From Trichinella spiralis (Eukaryota): a stretch of 64,000 nucleotides of DNA. The position numbers and the translations under genes were made by a program. Under the pieces are notes generated by a model, which was not told the DNA's origin, did no database searches, and saw only the letters and a program-made list of their open reading frames with translations. Position 1 is the stretch's first letter; each line of letters starts with the position of its first letter. Positions 47,793 to 62,760 of this stretch are shown here, piece after piece. Location of the stretch: positions 1,918,971 to 1,982,970 of the forward strand of contig NW_003526945.1 of NCBI RefSeq assembly GCF_000181795.1. The letters are read 5' to 3'.

Positions 47793-50700
47793 GACTTAAA
47801 TTTTTCATATGTTAAAATTGGCAAAATTGACATCGAACATTTTAATATTGAAGCATTGGTAAGTTAGTAGAAAACTTTTCTCATAAAAAAAAAATTTCAA
47901 ATTTTAGAAAATTTTCAAGTAAAAATTTAAATTGTTCAATTTTTCAGTTTAAAAATTGTCCAACAACAATTTCTGATATTAATATAATTAAACAGCACGT
48001 CATCAAATGTTGTTACAGTAATACAATGTTTATTTTTTAATGACCTCTAAAAATTTTATCTAATTTCGATAAAAATGAATTAAAGCATAACTTTGTTTAT
48101 AACGAATAAAATGAAGTGACCATCACTTGATAACAGATATAGTTGGTTTGACCGAGAAAATAATTTTTGTTGTGCTCAACTCGGAGAATATCAATATTTT
48201 AATAACGCTTTGTAATATAGTGATGATTTTTAAAACTTTAAAACTTTCATTTGCTTACAATATTTATATAAATATGTATTTTTTTAATTTATTTATTTAC
48301 ATTTATATTTATATATCAACAACTGAAATGGCATTGTTTAATCGAATAACTGTGCCATGCCAAGTTACCCAGTGATTCATAACTGAAGTAATGTTACACA
48401 ATTTATACGCTAAATTATTAGTAGAATATTGTGATCACTTATCTGCATCTACAGGATTGCATCACTGATCAATGTGCCTAATTGTTGAACCACATACTGT
48501 GCTGTAACCTGCATTTTAGCTACCATACCATCTTTTAAAACAAATCAAAACAAACAAATGTACAATAACATCGGAAAGAAATACTCAGTAATGAAATGTC
48601 AATCATATTAAGTGATCACATCTTGTATAATTGATGACGACCACCGCTTCAACTGTTGCTATTGATCTTTAGAAAATAAATCCAACGTGCAAATTAGCAC
48701 GCTGAACAACGTGTTTTATAACCTTACAGGCAATTACACATTAATACACGTTGCTAAAAGATGTGCATTGTCGTATATGCATTCTCCTCATTTGCTTTAC
48801 ATTAATGTATATTTTAAAAATTGCATACATACACTTACGTATATGCATTCGTTTGCAACGTGTGCACCTAAGTAATAATTAATTTGTAATTTTCAAAAAC
48901 TCTAATGGATTCTGGTTAATTTGAATTTGACGTTCATTTCACATGTAGAATGCGAATGATAGTTGAACTGATAATGGAACATCTTTTATAAAATAAAACA
49001 CTAAAATACATATTTCTCTTCTTTCTCTTTTATTAAATTCAACGTTTAAGTTGAAACATTTTCTGTATTGAATTTTTAAATAAAAACTCTATCACACGCG
49101 CATTTCCTGCTCATTTAGCGATCGAATGACATTACTAATGCACAATTACAATTTATCAAACTAAAAAATTTAATAATTATATTTTATGAGAATGACTCTC
49201 GGGAAAAGAGATAAATACAGCTGTCTGAGGCTAAAATTAGATTTCAGATAAAATTAATCGGCATATGAAAAACAATTTTCAATGGCATTTGCGTTATTTT
49301 TTACGTTAATAAATCAAAAGCGGAAAATTACCATGAATAATAAAATTGAATAAGTTGAAATTTTTATAAATTGAAGTGGCATGCTACATTTCTTTTATTA
49401 ATTTTAAAAATTCAAAAAAGGGAAAAATAATGCGCAGGCAAAAAAGTATACTGTCAAAAAAAACTACTACTACAGTGACTATTGTAAATATCAATGTGTA
49501 AATTGTTATTTGATAGAGAGTTTTATGGAAAAAGTTTGTTTATGTTTGATGTTGCATACGAAATTATCATACGAACTGCGCAAATTGATAAGCAGAGTAT
49601 AGTATCAATAATGTGCATATTTGCTTTTCATTCGAAAAAAACGTAAAATTTTCACGAAGCAAGAAAAAACTGTTTACAAAATATTCTACTGATAGTGATA
49701 CTACATTGATGAAACGACTATTAATAGACAATATTTAAGAACAATAAATTACCGTATGGATTTATTTTTGCAATAAAAATTTTGTTTAATTTAATTCTTA
49801 CCCTTTTTCGTCGTAAGCGTCGATCAAAGCATGTTATCAAATCGGATGCTGATCGAGCCGAATTTGCCAATGCAACAGATCATGAAATTACTCTTCAAAT
49901 CTTTCTATCTATTCTAGTCAATATTCTAATTGTGCATAATGAATTATCATTTTCAATGCCACTTATGAATAATTTCAAATATACTGTAAGCGAAAATGGA
50001 AATATTATTTAAGTGGAAAATATGCATTATTGTTGTTAATTGTTCAAAATAAAAGAAAACACAACATTCCTCTGTGAAATAATAATTGCGAAATAAATTC
50101 TGTTTCAATTGCATACATTCGATTGTTCATCTTTCAAGTGAACGTTTGTAATGAAAAAAAATTTGAAAAAAATTTTGTTTAAGAAAATCAAATCCAAGTA
50201 ATCGACGGTTAAATCAATTTAAAAAAAAATAAATTCAACTGTGAAAGTTTCAATGTTGTGGAAGTTTACGAAATGGTACCAGGTTCAATTTCTTCTTCTT
50301 CACCATATTCAACCGTGGACAGTATTAATAAATCAATTTAAATAAGTTGGATAATTTGTCAAGTTTAATCAACATTTCATCTCTAGTTATATATCTGGCT
50401 TAGAAATGATATTTGATTCAAGTATTTGGATAATCGTATTATCGTTGCACTCCAAGACAACAATGTTAATTAATAATGCACCGAGCGACATGAGAATAGA
50501 AAATTAACGAAAAGGGGAATTGAAATAAGATAATTCAAATTCGGCTCTGCGCATGGCGGTTGGAATTATCGTTGGATTGATTGATTATTGTTTCTTTGTT
50601 TGAACAATGAACACAAAGTGAACAACAACAGATTTGAAATTCGGTAATTCGATGTAATTTTTCATCAATTATATAATAATCCATCCACTCATTCATTAAT

Positions 50701-53700
50701 CGATGATAATTATCATTTGAAATGTTCAATGATGAAATGATCAGCACAACATTTGAATAATTAATTCAGTTGTTGCAGTGATTTCACTACGTTAGTTGTC
50801 ATTAATGAATCATGAGCTGAATTTTTAGAGGATAAACAAAAAAAAAATAATTTTCTTTTTTTTGTACGTTAAATTTTCAACAAATTTTATTTTGAAAAAA
50901 AAATTTGCATAAAGTAGTCCTCGACCTGAAATAACAATCGACGCAGTTGGGGAACGTTTCGGGGAAATTTGATTTATTTTTCGAGTGGAATTTCAAAGTG
51001 GGTTTTTCTTTTTCTTCTCTAAAATTACAAACTGGTTTTTCAACATTATTAATTGGCGTCAAAAAGAAGAAGAAAACAGTTCACAGTTGTCTGCAGGTGC
51101 TTCGTATTGTTCACCACACGTACAAATGACACTTTCGTCATAGAATTTAATAATACACTTTAATTAAACACAATTTGTTACAATATTTCAATAATTATCA
51201 TAATTAATCTGTCAACTCTGCATATAATTTACTGAGAAGACAAATTTTCAAAATCCACTGTTTATACACCATTCGCCATGTATTTACTTATTGGAAAACA
51301 TGAACAATATAACCATCTGTCCGAATGCGTTTATTCATATATTTTTAAATGTTATTCAAATTTACCTGTCGATATCCAAAAGAAAACAATGCAAAATATA
51401 TTACATTTAACGGAGAAGTGATCAATTAAAAAAATTTGATTCATTTTACAACCGGAAAAATGATCACGAAATTTCTCATCAAATAAATATTTGCCATCAC
51501 AGTTGATAATTAAATTTAAATAAATTTTCATCAAAACTTTTTCCAGTCTATTCCACCAACACTGTCGACAAACAGATCTTGCAACAACAACAACAACAAC
51601 AACAATACGGAGAAAATTATTTCTTTTCCTCTCCAATAAAGTAGAACACGTTTTGCATAATCGTCGGGAAGAATAAATAAAGATAAGAATTTTTCGCCTT
51701 GTGAAATGCTCATTTTCTTCTCTTTACAGTATCCCCATCGAGTACAATTGAAAATTTGACCGCATCGAACAGTATGCTTATTAATATCAACAATTGTATA
51801 AATTTTGCGCATCATTTTTATTCATAAATTCAAAAATTGTAATATAATCAAATAATAAATTTTTTTTCAAAATTATCTTTTCCATATCAATTAATTAACA
51901 CGAACAACTTGGTGAACATTATTGATGGGGTTGAATTGGCAATATTGTAATTTTCAATTTAAAGAAAAAAATAACTCATTTCTGAAAACTTTTACAGACA
52001 ACATTTATAATTCACTTACTGAACAGCATCGTCAATTGGAAAACGATACTTTGTTCAAACAGTTAATATGATTATTATCAGGCACAGCTTGTCAAACTTC
52101 AATCCATAAATGTTCTATGAATTGGTGGAAAATTGAAGCAAAGATTTCAAGCTTCAATAACTGCTAACTAAATATATCATTTAGTGGAACGTTTTAATTG
52201 CTTGGAAGTGCGGTCAGTTTTCATCTTAAATATGCAAAATAAATTACCATCGACACGGTGTGCAATACGATCCAATGGTGGATCCAGTGTTTTGACGGGC
52301 AGTTGAAGAACTAAGCTAGAAGTGTGGGATTGAAATGGATTGGAAGTGAGGATTAATTGTTCCAATTTGAAAAACAAAATACCAACACGAAAAAATATTA
52401 TGAATATATTCAAAATTTTAAACAATTTTACTTATTTTTTTTATTTTCCCTTTTACACTAGTATTGTATAAGAGCATGATTCAAGTTAATCGTCCTCCTC
52501 TCATTTTCAAATTACTCTTCTAATAAAAAGGCATCGTTCGGCATTCATGCGTTAAAATAAGTGAAACTGCTGTTCAAATAATTCTTTGATAAATACATTG
52601 TCATGACAACTAACGTTCATAAATCTGCACGAAAGAAAAATTATGAAAAATTCGGAAACGTCCATTTTCAATTCTTCAATGCACTTGTTACTTGCTTAAG
52701 CAATTTTTGCAAACAATTTCAATCTAAATAAATATTTCACTTCAAAATTTCAAAATGTTTAAAAGTAAAATTTCCACACATATATATACAAATCAACATT
52801 CCATGCACATGTCATTTTTGCAATTTAAAAACTCAATCACCATTTGCTGTTCAATTTTTCCCGTGCTCTGCATGCTTCAACAATGGCAGTTCAAATCATG
52901 AAAACCAACAAATATCAACGACAAATTATATGCTAATAAAAGATTCTGTTATCTTTTATAAATTACAATTTATTGATTTGCAAGTTAAAAATAGATTACA
53001 AATTTGACTGTAATCTAAATAAAACATCGATGCATGAAACAACGCGTTTATGTTTAAAAATTAAACAATACTTTATTGTGAAATAGTACTATTTCAAATT
53101 ATTTTAATTGCTCTACTTTCACTGCTCTGCTCTCTTGAAATACTTTTCATAATCAATTTATCATCCGTATATATTTAAATTTGAAAAATTGATTCGTCTT
53201 TTTGAATATTAAATACGATGCAGTGTTCAGAAAGATTGAAATTACAATTGCACCACTTACACATAGAAACGTCGAGTATATTGTATGAAATAGGTATTAA
53301 ATTTAAAAAAAGTAACAAATTTACAAAAATGAAAAATCCACCTTTATCAAATGTAAATACTTCAGAAATTTTATAAAACAAACTATGAAAATTAGTCTTC
53401 GTCATTTTGTCAAATTCAAAAATTTAATCAGTATTAAATTTTCAAGCTTCCAAAACAAAATACTCCCTTGTTCCACGTGAACTGATAATTGATTCGTTAG
53501 TGAAACGATTTTATTACCAAATTAAAAAAAGAGCAATCAAAGAATTCTTCAGTTTAAAAAAACAATAATATTTCTACATTTTATTGATCAGTCAAGAAGA
53601 AAAATTGTCCAACAATGCAACAATTTATGATGATATTTATAAATGCACAAATAAAATTCAAAGCTAAGACGAACAATTCATTCTGCTAATTTTACACTTG

Positions 53701-53984
53701 TGAAAAAGTACATGGATTTCGCGTTGGATGAAAAAACACGCAAATTCCCATACAACAAAAATAAACAACATTAAACTTTTATTTCGATTTGACAGAAAAT
53801 TCAAAATAGGAATAAAATTTTGCAACAACAAACAATTATAATAATAAAACTCTGTAAATTGATTTCCATTTTTGAATGAGAGAAAAACAACAAACAGTAC
53901 TTTCCGTAATATTTTCGCAACTCAACATAAATCGCTTTGCAACCAAATTATATAGATGATTAGATTTCAAAGAACCCTTTGTAA

Positions 53985-54479
53985 CCATTCCGACAATTAT
54001 AATAAAAGCAAAATCAGTACACATTTTTCAAATGTATGTTTAATTGGATTTTAAATAACTCACACATTCAAAATTTTTCAACTGCAACACTGCAAAAGTT
54101 GATGGCATTGTAAGGAAGCTGCACTAATTTTCAAATCAACACCCCCCCCCACACCCGAAAAAATGACATTGTCCATCAAATCAAAACCATATAACATTAA
54201 CATTCGATATTGCATAATTAACAATGGAACGGTTTCGGTGAAGGCCTCTAAATACATGTGGTGAAGTCTGCACCAAATCTGGCAAGAGATGTACGAAAAA
54301 TTCGTTCCTTCCGTCAATCAAAATAGTCACACATCGCAAAATTTCTTCGGCGGGTTGCAGTGGTTCTTCAATGACAGCAAAAAGTTCAGGAAAGCGTGGC
54401 GCGCAGCTTTGCACAAATAATGGCAAATTCTGGTACTTGACAATGTCCCGTCGTCATCAGAGATGTCAACATCACTCAT
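53985..54479 (-). pseudogene. Frameshifted paralog of the orphan gene at 62761-63651
   Basis: Peptides in different frames align to the 296-aa ORF: PAEEILRCVTILIDGRNEFF vs PVESIWRTVTILIDRRNEFY; ETVPLLIMQYRM vs ETDPPLILEHQM; AASLQCH vs QTAMQCH; FIIIVGM vs FVIIVGV. Confidence 0.75.
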
Positions 54480-54875
54480 ATTCGCATAATACTCCTATAA
54501 AATACACATTACATGTATTAATACGCAATCTATGAAGCCTTTAAAAATTATAAAAAGCTGCAAGCCATATTCATTATTGTAATGCAATAACCATCATGCT
54601 CAAAACAAAATACATACTTTACATTACGATAGCACCGTTTCATAATATATCAAAAAAGAAAAAAATAGAAAACAGAGAAAACGTCAATACTATAGACAGA
54701 CAAAAGAAAATTCATATGGAATATATAAGAAGAAAAACGGTGACAAAAGATAATCAAAATTAAACAATCATTAACAGTAAAATAAAGAAAAGTAGGAATA
54801 AAACAGTACAAAAATTAGCATACTATTATTTATTTTACTAGAGAATAAATTGAGCTATCAACAGCNNNNNNNNNN

Positions 54876-55204
54876 TTTTGTTATCAATCGGCAAAGCTTT
54901 CCTCAATGAGCATGCGCATCATAATCATTTTCTCAATGTCACTACCAAAACCAGCAAAGACGGTTATTCAAAACGTTCTGTAGTATGAACCTTTCCATTT
55001 GTATATTTGAACTGCCTCCCAACATGGTTTTATTTTTCGATTTACCTTTATTAGTCTCATGCTTCATGTCGGCGCAAGCCATTTGATTCATCGACTTTTT
55101 GTTCAATTCATCGACACTTTCTGCTGTCTACATTAGAATAACAAATTTAAGTGTAATGTTATAAATTACCTGTGATAGTTTGAATATCTTACATTTTTTT
55201 CCAT
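54876..55204 (-). CDS. Orphan acidic protein family, copy 3 (5' part only, runs into gap)
   Basis: Exons 1-2 and start of exon 3; sequence degrades toward the N gap. Confidence 0.4.
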
Positions 55205-56244
55205 TTTTTTACAGTTGTTTGTAAAACGTTTCTTAACCACTACTCGCTTTAACTGCAAAGACTAAACTGAATCGACTGTGTTTAATGCTGTTTGAAATAT
55301 ATGGCACATTTTAAAGTGAATTTTGTTTAAATTGAATTAAACTACAGTGAACTTTAATTTCTGATTGTCAGGTATAAAAAGTGAATAGCGATTGTACTTA
55401 TTTTAAAGTGAAAATTTGTCTCAATATCATTTATGAATATACTGAAATTTTGACAAAATTATGTCTACAATTTGTTTTCATTTAATACAAATATGTTGTT
55501 TAAAAATATCTTTTAATTCAAAAAACTTTTTAGTTATGTTTTCTAAATTTAGATTTTTTTCAACAACTAATTTGAAGTACTGAACTAAAGTGAAAAACGT
55601 ATTTTTTTGCAGGATATCTTGATTGAAAAGATAAATTTTTTGTTAGTTTGGTGTGATGCAAAAATTTATCTGTAGCAGAGGAGTGAAATGTGTTGAGCAG
55701 GGAGTTGAGCGGTAGAAACTTCATTTTGGGTACTACTGGTGTTTGAGAATTTGCCGGGAATAGTAGACTGAACTGATACCCTGGAAAATCGGTTACATCT
55801 CAAGGCAGGTGATGTGCCTTATTTATTGGTAAACACATTGTACAGAACTTCACAAAAAGAAAGCAATATCTAAGCGTGTTTTCTTAAACGAAATCAAAAA
55901 GAAATCATAATAAATTGCTATTAGTGCAACCTGCTATTCTTATCTGTTTCATTTTCTATGAGTGAAAATCAATTGCATCATATTCTACTTCAGTTTAGAT
56001 ATAAATAATATACTAAAGTGGAAAAACTTTCTATTGTTTCCCACGATGCACTGCTGACAAACGACAACGCTTAATGTGAATTTATTTATTATACAATCAT
56101 AATTATATCAACTTTAATTTGGTGCAGATAATTTAATAGAAAATCCAAACTAAATTGAAATTCTACTCAATCATATTTTTTTACAAAACACATTCATGTA
56201 TAAATTAAAAATGAGTATATAACAATGATAGAATNNNNNNNNNN

Positions 56245-56998
56245 TCACTGAATTTGAAGTCGAATTTTCACTAATATCAATGCTCCAAGATGCTTTTTCG
56301 AAAACTTCTTCTGCTTCAATAATTGCAACTTCTTGCGAAGCTTTCCTCACTTCCTCTCCTTTTAAACTTTCACTGTCTTCGTCAACGAACTTTAACGGCC
56401 CAAGACGTTTCTCCCTGTCCAAATGTTCATTTTCCACAATTCCAACATCCCCTGAATTACTGTTAGAGTCTACGTCACTTGTGGAACTCATGCCGTCTGC
56501 AGTGATCGACGACCCCAGTAGAGAAGCAGATTCTTCGATCGAATTTGCCATTTCCACATGTCTCTGTTCACCTGAAACTGCATCTGATTCGTTAATATTT
56601 TTCGAATCTACATCAACCGCTATGATCAACGACGCTTCTTCAATACCTTCTTCCTTATCAAAGTTTTGTTCTTCATTCGGCAAAACCTCCTTCAATGCGC
56701 CCTGCGCATCATAATCATTTTCTTCAATTTCACTACCTAAAACCAGCAAAGAAGGTTATTCAAAAACGTTTCTGTAGTATGAAACTTTCCATTTGTATAT
56801 TTGAACTGCCTCCCAACATGGTTTTATTTTTCGATTTACCTTTATTAGTCTCATGCTTCATGTCGGCGCAAGCCATTTGATTCATCGACTTTTTGTTCAA
56901 TTCATCGACACTTTCTGCTGTCTACATTAGAATAACAAATTTAAGTGTAATGTTATAAATTACCTGTGATAGTTTGAATATCTTACATTTTTTTCCAT
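56245..56998 (-). CDS. Orphan acidic protein family, copy 4 (truncated by assembly gap)
   Basis: Matches copy 5 up to the gap at 56235-56244. Confidence 0.55.
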
Positions 56999-58205
56999 TT
57001 TTTTACAGTTGTTTGTAAAACGTTTCTTAACCACTACTCGCTTTAACTGCAAAGACTAAACTGAATCGACTGTGTTTAATGCTGTTTGAAATATATGGCA
57101 CATTTTAAAGTGAATTTTGTTTAAATTGAATTAAACTACAGTGAACTTTAATTTCTGATTGTCAGGTATAAAAAGTGAATAGCGATTGTACTTATTTTAA
57201 AGTGAAAATTTGTCTCAATATCATTTATGAATATACTGAAATTTTGACAAAATTATGTCTACAATTTGTTTTCATTTAATACAAATATGTTGTTTAAAAA
57301 TATCTTTTAATTCAAAAAACTTTTTAGTTATGTTTTCTAAATTTAGATTTTTTTCAACAACTAATTTGAAGTACTGAACTAAAGTGAAAAACGTATTTTT
57401 TTGCAGGATATCTTGATTGAAAAGATAAATTTTTTGTTAGTTTGGTGTGATGCAAAAATTTATCTGTAGCAGAGGAGTGAAATGTGTTGAGCAGGGAGTT
57501 GAGCGGTAGAAACTTCATTTTGGGTACTACTGGTGTTTGAGAATTTGCCGGGAATAGTAGACTGAACTGATACCCTGGAAAATCGGTTACATCTCAAGGC
57601 AGGTGATGTGCCTTATTTATTGGTAAACACATTGTACAGAACTTCACAAAAAGAAAGCAATATCTAAGCGTGTTTTCTTAAACGAAATCAAAAAGAAATC
57701 ATAATAAATTGCTATTAGTGCAACCTGCTATTCTTATCTGTTTCATTTTCTATGAGTGAAAATCAATTGCATCATATTCTACTTCAGTTTAGATATAAAT
57801 AATATACTAAAGTGGAAAAACTTTCTATTGTTTCCCACGATGCACTGCTGACAAACGACAACGCTTAATGTGAATTTATTTATTATACAATCATAATTAT
57901 ATCAACTTTAATTTGGTGCAGATAATTAATAGAAAATCCAAACTAAATTGAAATTCTACTCAATCATATTTTTACAAAACACATTCATGTATAAATTAAA
58001 AATGAGTATATAACAATGATATAATGAAAATCAATTGAGATAACAATGGGCAAAAATTTACAAAAGGAAATGGAACAAAATTAATCAAGTTCAAAAATAC
58101 AGTATATTTCAAATGAATATTAATTTTACGAAAATATAAAAATGATGATTGATCATTGAACTAATCGGTGATTAGTTCAAATTCAGTAACATTGAGAGAA
58201 TAGCA

Positions 58206-59507
58206 CTATTTCTGAAAATGCAAGTCTTCGTTCAACCATAATAATATGTTCATGGAAAACATGAGAAAAGTCAACCAGTCATTCATAATACGCAGACAGA
58301 GAAAGAAAATAATCACCACAAATGCATAGTTGATCGCATAGCTGAGTAAAATATAAATGAGCCACAAATTTCTAACAAGTACATTTGGATTGTCAGAAGC
58401 ATTTTCTTCAGCAATCCCAAGTTTCTCTGAAGCCGCGTTCGCTTTTTTGGCACTTTTCTCATTTTGGCAATTTGCAATCATTGTTGTCGCCTCTTCAGAA
58501 ACTTTCATTTCTTGAACATATTGCGCTTCAACCGTTCGAACATCTGTAGAATCATGCTTGCCGTCTTCATCACCTTCTGAAGCTTTTTCTTCAATTAGAA
58601 TCCACTCTGAAGCGGTAGTCGCATCTTCACTGCTTTCTGCAGTTTGACTTCCAAAATCGAGGAACGAGTTTTCCCTGATTTGACTGTTACCGCTCAAATA
58701 TTCACATATTGAAATTCCAAAATTTTGTGAATATGTCGGAACACTATCATCGATCACTGAATTTGAAGTCGAATTTTCACTAATATCAATGCTCCAAGAT
58801 GCTTTTTCGAAAACTTCTTCTGCTTCAATAATTGCAACTTCTTGCGAAGCTTTCCTCACTTCCTCTCCTTTTAAACTTTCACTGTCTTCGTCAACGAACT
58901 TTAACGGCCCAAGACGTTTCTCCCTGTCCAAATGTTCATTTTCCACAATTCCAACATCCCCTGAATTACTGTTAGAGTCTACGTCACTTGTGGAACTCAT
59001 GCCGTCTGCAGTGATCGACGACCCCAGTAGAGAAGCAGATTCTTCGATCGAATTTGCCATTTCCACATGTCTCTGTTCACCTGAAACTGCATCTGATTCG
59101 TTAATATTTTTCGAATCTACATCAACCGCTATGATCAACGACGCTTCTTCAATACCTTCTTCCTTATCAAAGTTTTGTTCTTCATTCGGCAAAACCTCCT
59201 TCAATGCGCCCTGCGCATCATAATCATTTTCTTCAATTTCACTACCTAAAACCAGCAAAGAAGGTTATTCAAAAACGTTTCTGTAGTATGAAACTTTCCA
59301 TTTGTATATTTGAACTGCCTCCCAACATGGTTTTATTTTTCGATTTACCTTTATTAGTCTCATGCTTCATGTCGGCGCAAGCCATTTGATTCATCGACTT
59401 TTTGTTCAATTCATCGACACTTTCTGCTGTCTACATTAGAATAACAAATTTAAGTGTAATGTTATAAATTACCTGTGATAGTTTGAATATCTTACATTTT
59501 TTTCCAT
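58206..59507 (-). CDS. Orphan acidic protein family, copy 5 (3 exons)
   Basis: 350-codon ORF, copy-2-like but 73 aa shorter; ends LHFQK*. Confidence 0.78.
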
Positions 59508-62500
59508 TTTTTTACAGTTGTTTGTAAAACGTTTCTTAACCACTACTCGCTTTAACTGCAAAGACTAAACTGAATCGACTGTGTTTAATGCTGTTTGAAA
59601 TATATGGCACATTTTAAAGTGAATTTTGTTTAAATTGAATTAAACTACAGTGAACTTTAATTTCTGATTGTCAGGTATAATGAGTGAGTAGCGACTTTTT
59701 GTTAGTTTTGTGAGATACAAAAATTTATCTGTAGCAGCGGAGTGAAATGTGTTGAGCATAGAATTGAGCGGTGGAAACTGTAATTTGGGTATTATTGGTG
59801 TTTGATAATTTGACAGAAAGTCATACCATTCTATTTACAGTACTACCGTCAGTAATTGTTCATGTTTATGTATTTATATATTAATGAGATATTGAGATGT
59901 AAAAGCAATCATCAGTTAGTTGAAGATAGCGTTGCGACGCTTTAATAGTGAATTATGATTCTTTGATATGCGGTTTACTCTTATTGTTTCCTCTAAAGAT
60001 CGACCTAATTTTTCTGATTGGCTGTTTTCTAATATGCTGTGCTGCGTTTGGTCAGTAATTAGCCATTTGGGTTTCTGTTTTTTATTTGTTGCTTTTTGTG
60101 AATTTTCTGCAGTGTATTCTGTTTATAATTATCTGCAAATATTTCTGTCTGATGTTGAAAATGAAATAAAAGAAATATCATTTTTCAACTTTTAATTTTA
60201 TGCATATTCATCAATCAGCTATATTGAATTGCAGCTTGCCATCCAAGTGGCACTCATGTTTTTATAAGCTTTATAATAATAAATGAAATGAAATAATGCA
60301 GAAAAGAAACTTTTTATTTTTTTTATAATTATTAATTGCAGTTAGGTGTGGATATGTTTCACTGAATGACAACTGAAAGTCATGTTAGGAATAAAGTTTA
60401 AATGATCATAATATGCAAAAAAGCCTTTAAATAATAGTAAACAGCTGTACTAATAGTGTGCATATACTGTACTAGCTGTACTAGCGTACATTATTTTGTA
60501 ATCGTGTACAACAGTGTTCATTTGAAAGGCAATTAAGATTATGCTTTGCTTAGAATATTAAACCTGCAACTTAAATGTATAAAATGCAAGCAGAGGCAAT
60601 CTTTGAATTATTACAATGCTTAAAGTAACCCCACATTTTTCATGAAATGAGTTTGACATGATTTGATCAAGCAGCGCACGAACAAGTGTGCAAGCGCATA
60701 TTGACAGCAGATGTGAAGCGAAAATGTTGAAAATAGGGCAGCAGCAGCAGTCGTTATGTTTGATACTAAAGTCTGACCAATCAACACTGCCCAATCAGTG
60801 AATTAAATGTCTAAGCTGGTTGAGTCAACTTGTACTCTTACACATAATTTTTCTTATGATACCAAGTGCTACCTGCTGAAGTGTTTAGTTTGAAACTGAG
60901 AATTGCATTTTATATTCATATTGCGTGCATTTTAGTTTGTGGATTTATATTAACTATTTAATTATAATTTGTTAATATAAATTTTGACTGCAAGTACGAA
61001 AATTTTATTTCTACTTTAGTGTTTCTAACTGTAATTTTTCATGAAGTGGACTGTGCATTTATTTATATTTGATGTTATCATTTTGGTTTTTTAAATATTT
61101 TGTATAACTTTCTGAAAACTTATATCTGAATCTTGACTAATTTGTTTTAAATAATTAAATTATATTTTCCACTCTTAATGGGTAAAAGTGAGATATTTTT
61201 ATACTTGAATGATAATGAAATACATTTAATTATAAATAACATTAAAGAATAGAGCATAATAATTTCTGTGTTCACCGACCAGTATTTTGAATAAGGAATC
61301 CTCCAGAAGATTTAGCGAATACTGCAATGGATTTACATCACTTGCAAGGTGATCATATTTTGAATTCAACCGTTTAGGATCATCTTTAAAACACAGATTA
61401 GTGTTGTGGTTATTCCAAAAGATTAGCAGTAATTTGTAATTTTCATTGATAAAATGTTATATAGGTTTAATTGAGAAATAAAGCGCATCCCTTCCAATGA
61501 TTTTATTTGTTTCAGCACCGTATTTCCTATTCCACTGAATTAATTCTTTGCGTTTACTTAACTTTAATATAAGATAATGTAAATTCCTTAAATATATGAT
61601 CTCATAAGTTGGAAATAAAACCATTGAGAATTCATTAAATACTGCAATGAATGATTTTTTTGAGAATTGAAATACAGTTCACTGCAACTTGAATGACATA
61701 CTTTGAGATTGGTAATGTAATAAAATCTATCTTCTGTAAACTCTAAAGTTTCATCTCTACTTCCCACTTGCAAGTAGCTACTTCTTGCAAATAAAACAAT
61801 TGCTTCTTTTTTTCTTTTCTGTTTTTTAATAAGCGTAGTACTACACACTTTACAAGACTCTTATAAATACTAGATGCTGAAAAGTGCAATTCATTATCAT
61901 CAAGCAGCTGCTTCACGCATGATGATCCCTTAAATGGTTTTTGTGGTGGAATATAAAACGTGAAGTTAATCTCGAAGTACTCATCAATTTTAATGGTTTA
62001 AGAATAGAAGCTCTCAGCAAGATTCTTCGTTTTTCATGATAACAGTTCAAGTGTTGTATTGTAATTTTAAAATAAGGAGATGATTAAAGGAGAAATCACA
62101 TAAGCAAATGAGTACAGGAAAGTAATTGCTAAATAACCTAAAACTAATAATGGCTGCTGCATGGAATTGTCGATTGTACCGACCTAGTAAAAAAACAAGA
62201 ATTAACTCATCGTTCAGCATTACTGATGAGTCATAAACAGTGATATTACGCAACTATATTGTGTATCTTGAAGCCAGTGTAATTCTGAAGAACAATTTGC
62301 AGTCTATTACTCCCGAGTTTATATGAGTTTTGTTGTCTTCATTTTCTGTAAAAATTGTAACAATTTCATGAAAAATAAAATGAAGATAAGGCCATTGGTT
62401 TTCTATAATTTTTTTACAATATTTGTTTTGTCATATATAGTTATATATAAAATACATTTTAATTACTTTTAAGCGCTGAAATGTAAATATAAGCGTTAGA

Positions 62501-62760
62501 GATAATATTCCACGCTGAAATTACTTAAATGGAAATTTTAACATAAAATTATATTTTTTAATCTGCAGATTTTATTATAATGCAAGTACAAAAACATTAA
62601 TTGTACTTTAATATAACATACTGTAAGTTGTCTAATGTGCCATGTGTAGCAAGTTGTTTTGCAAACGTCAGTTATTTCATGATTTCTTCATATTGTGTAT
62701 CACTTTCTCAATATTGATATCTATTTAATAAAATCTTATTATTACAGGTATATGATTTAA

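Larger units (their letters stand above)
54876..59820 (-). repeat. Inverted tandem array (>=3 units, interrupted by gaps) of the ~2.5 kb orphan-gene unit
   Basis: Reverse-complement match to 20.2-25.4 kb; start codons at 55204, 56998 and 59507. Confidence 0.92.

Noticed and set aside
52245..52300. Minus-strand TATTGCAC (miR-92/235-like seed) near a GATCCA/TGGATC stem
   Set aside because: The seed region lies in an unpaired asymmetric bulge; no proper duplex
49782..52425. Several short ORFs and splice-like sites at 50-52 kb
   Set aside because: Could not join them in frame or recognise a domain; a weak or non-coding gene is not excluded
54960..58020. Copies 3 and 4 as independent confirmed genes
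   Set aside because: Near-identical to each other and to copy 5, and broken by gaps; they may be redundant assembly of a collapsed array
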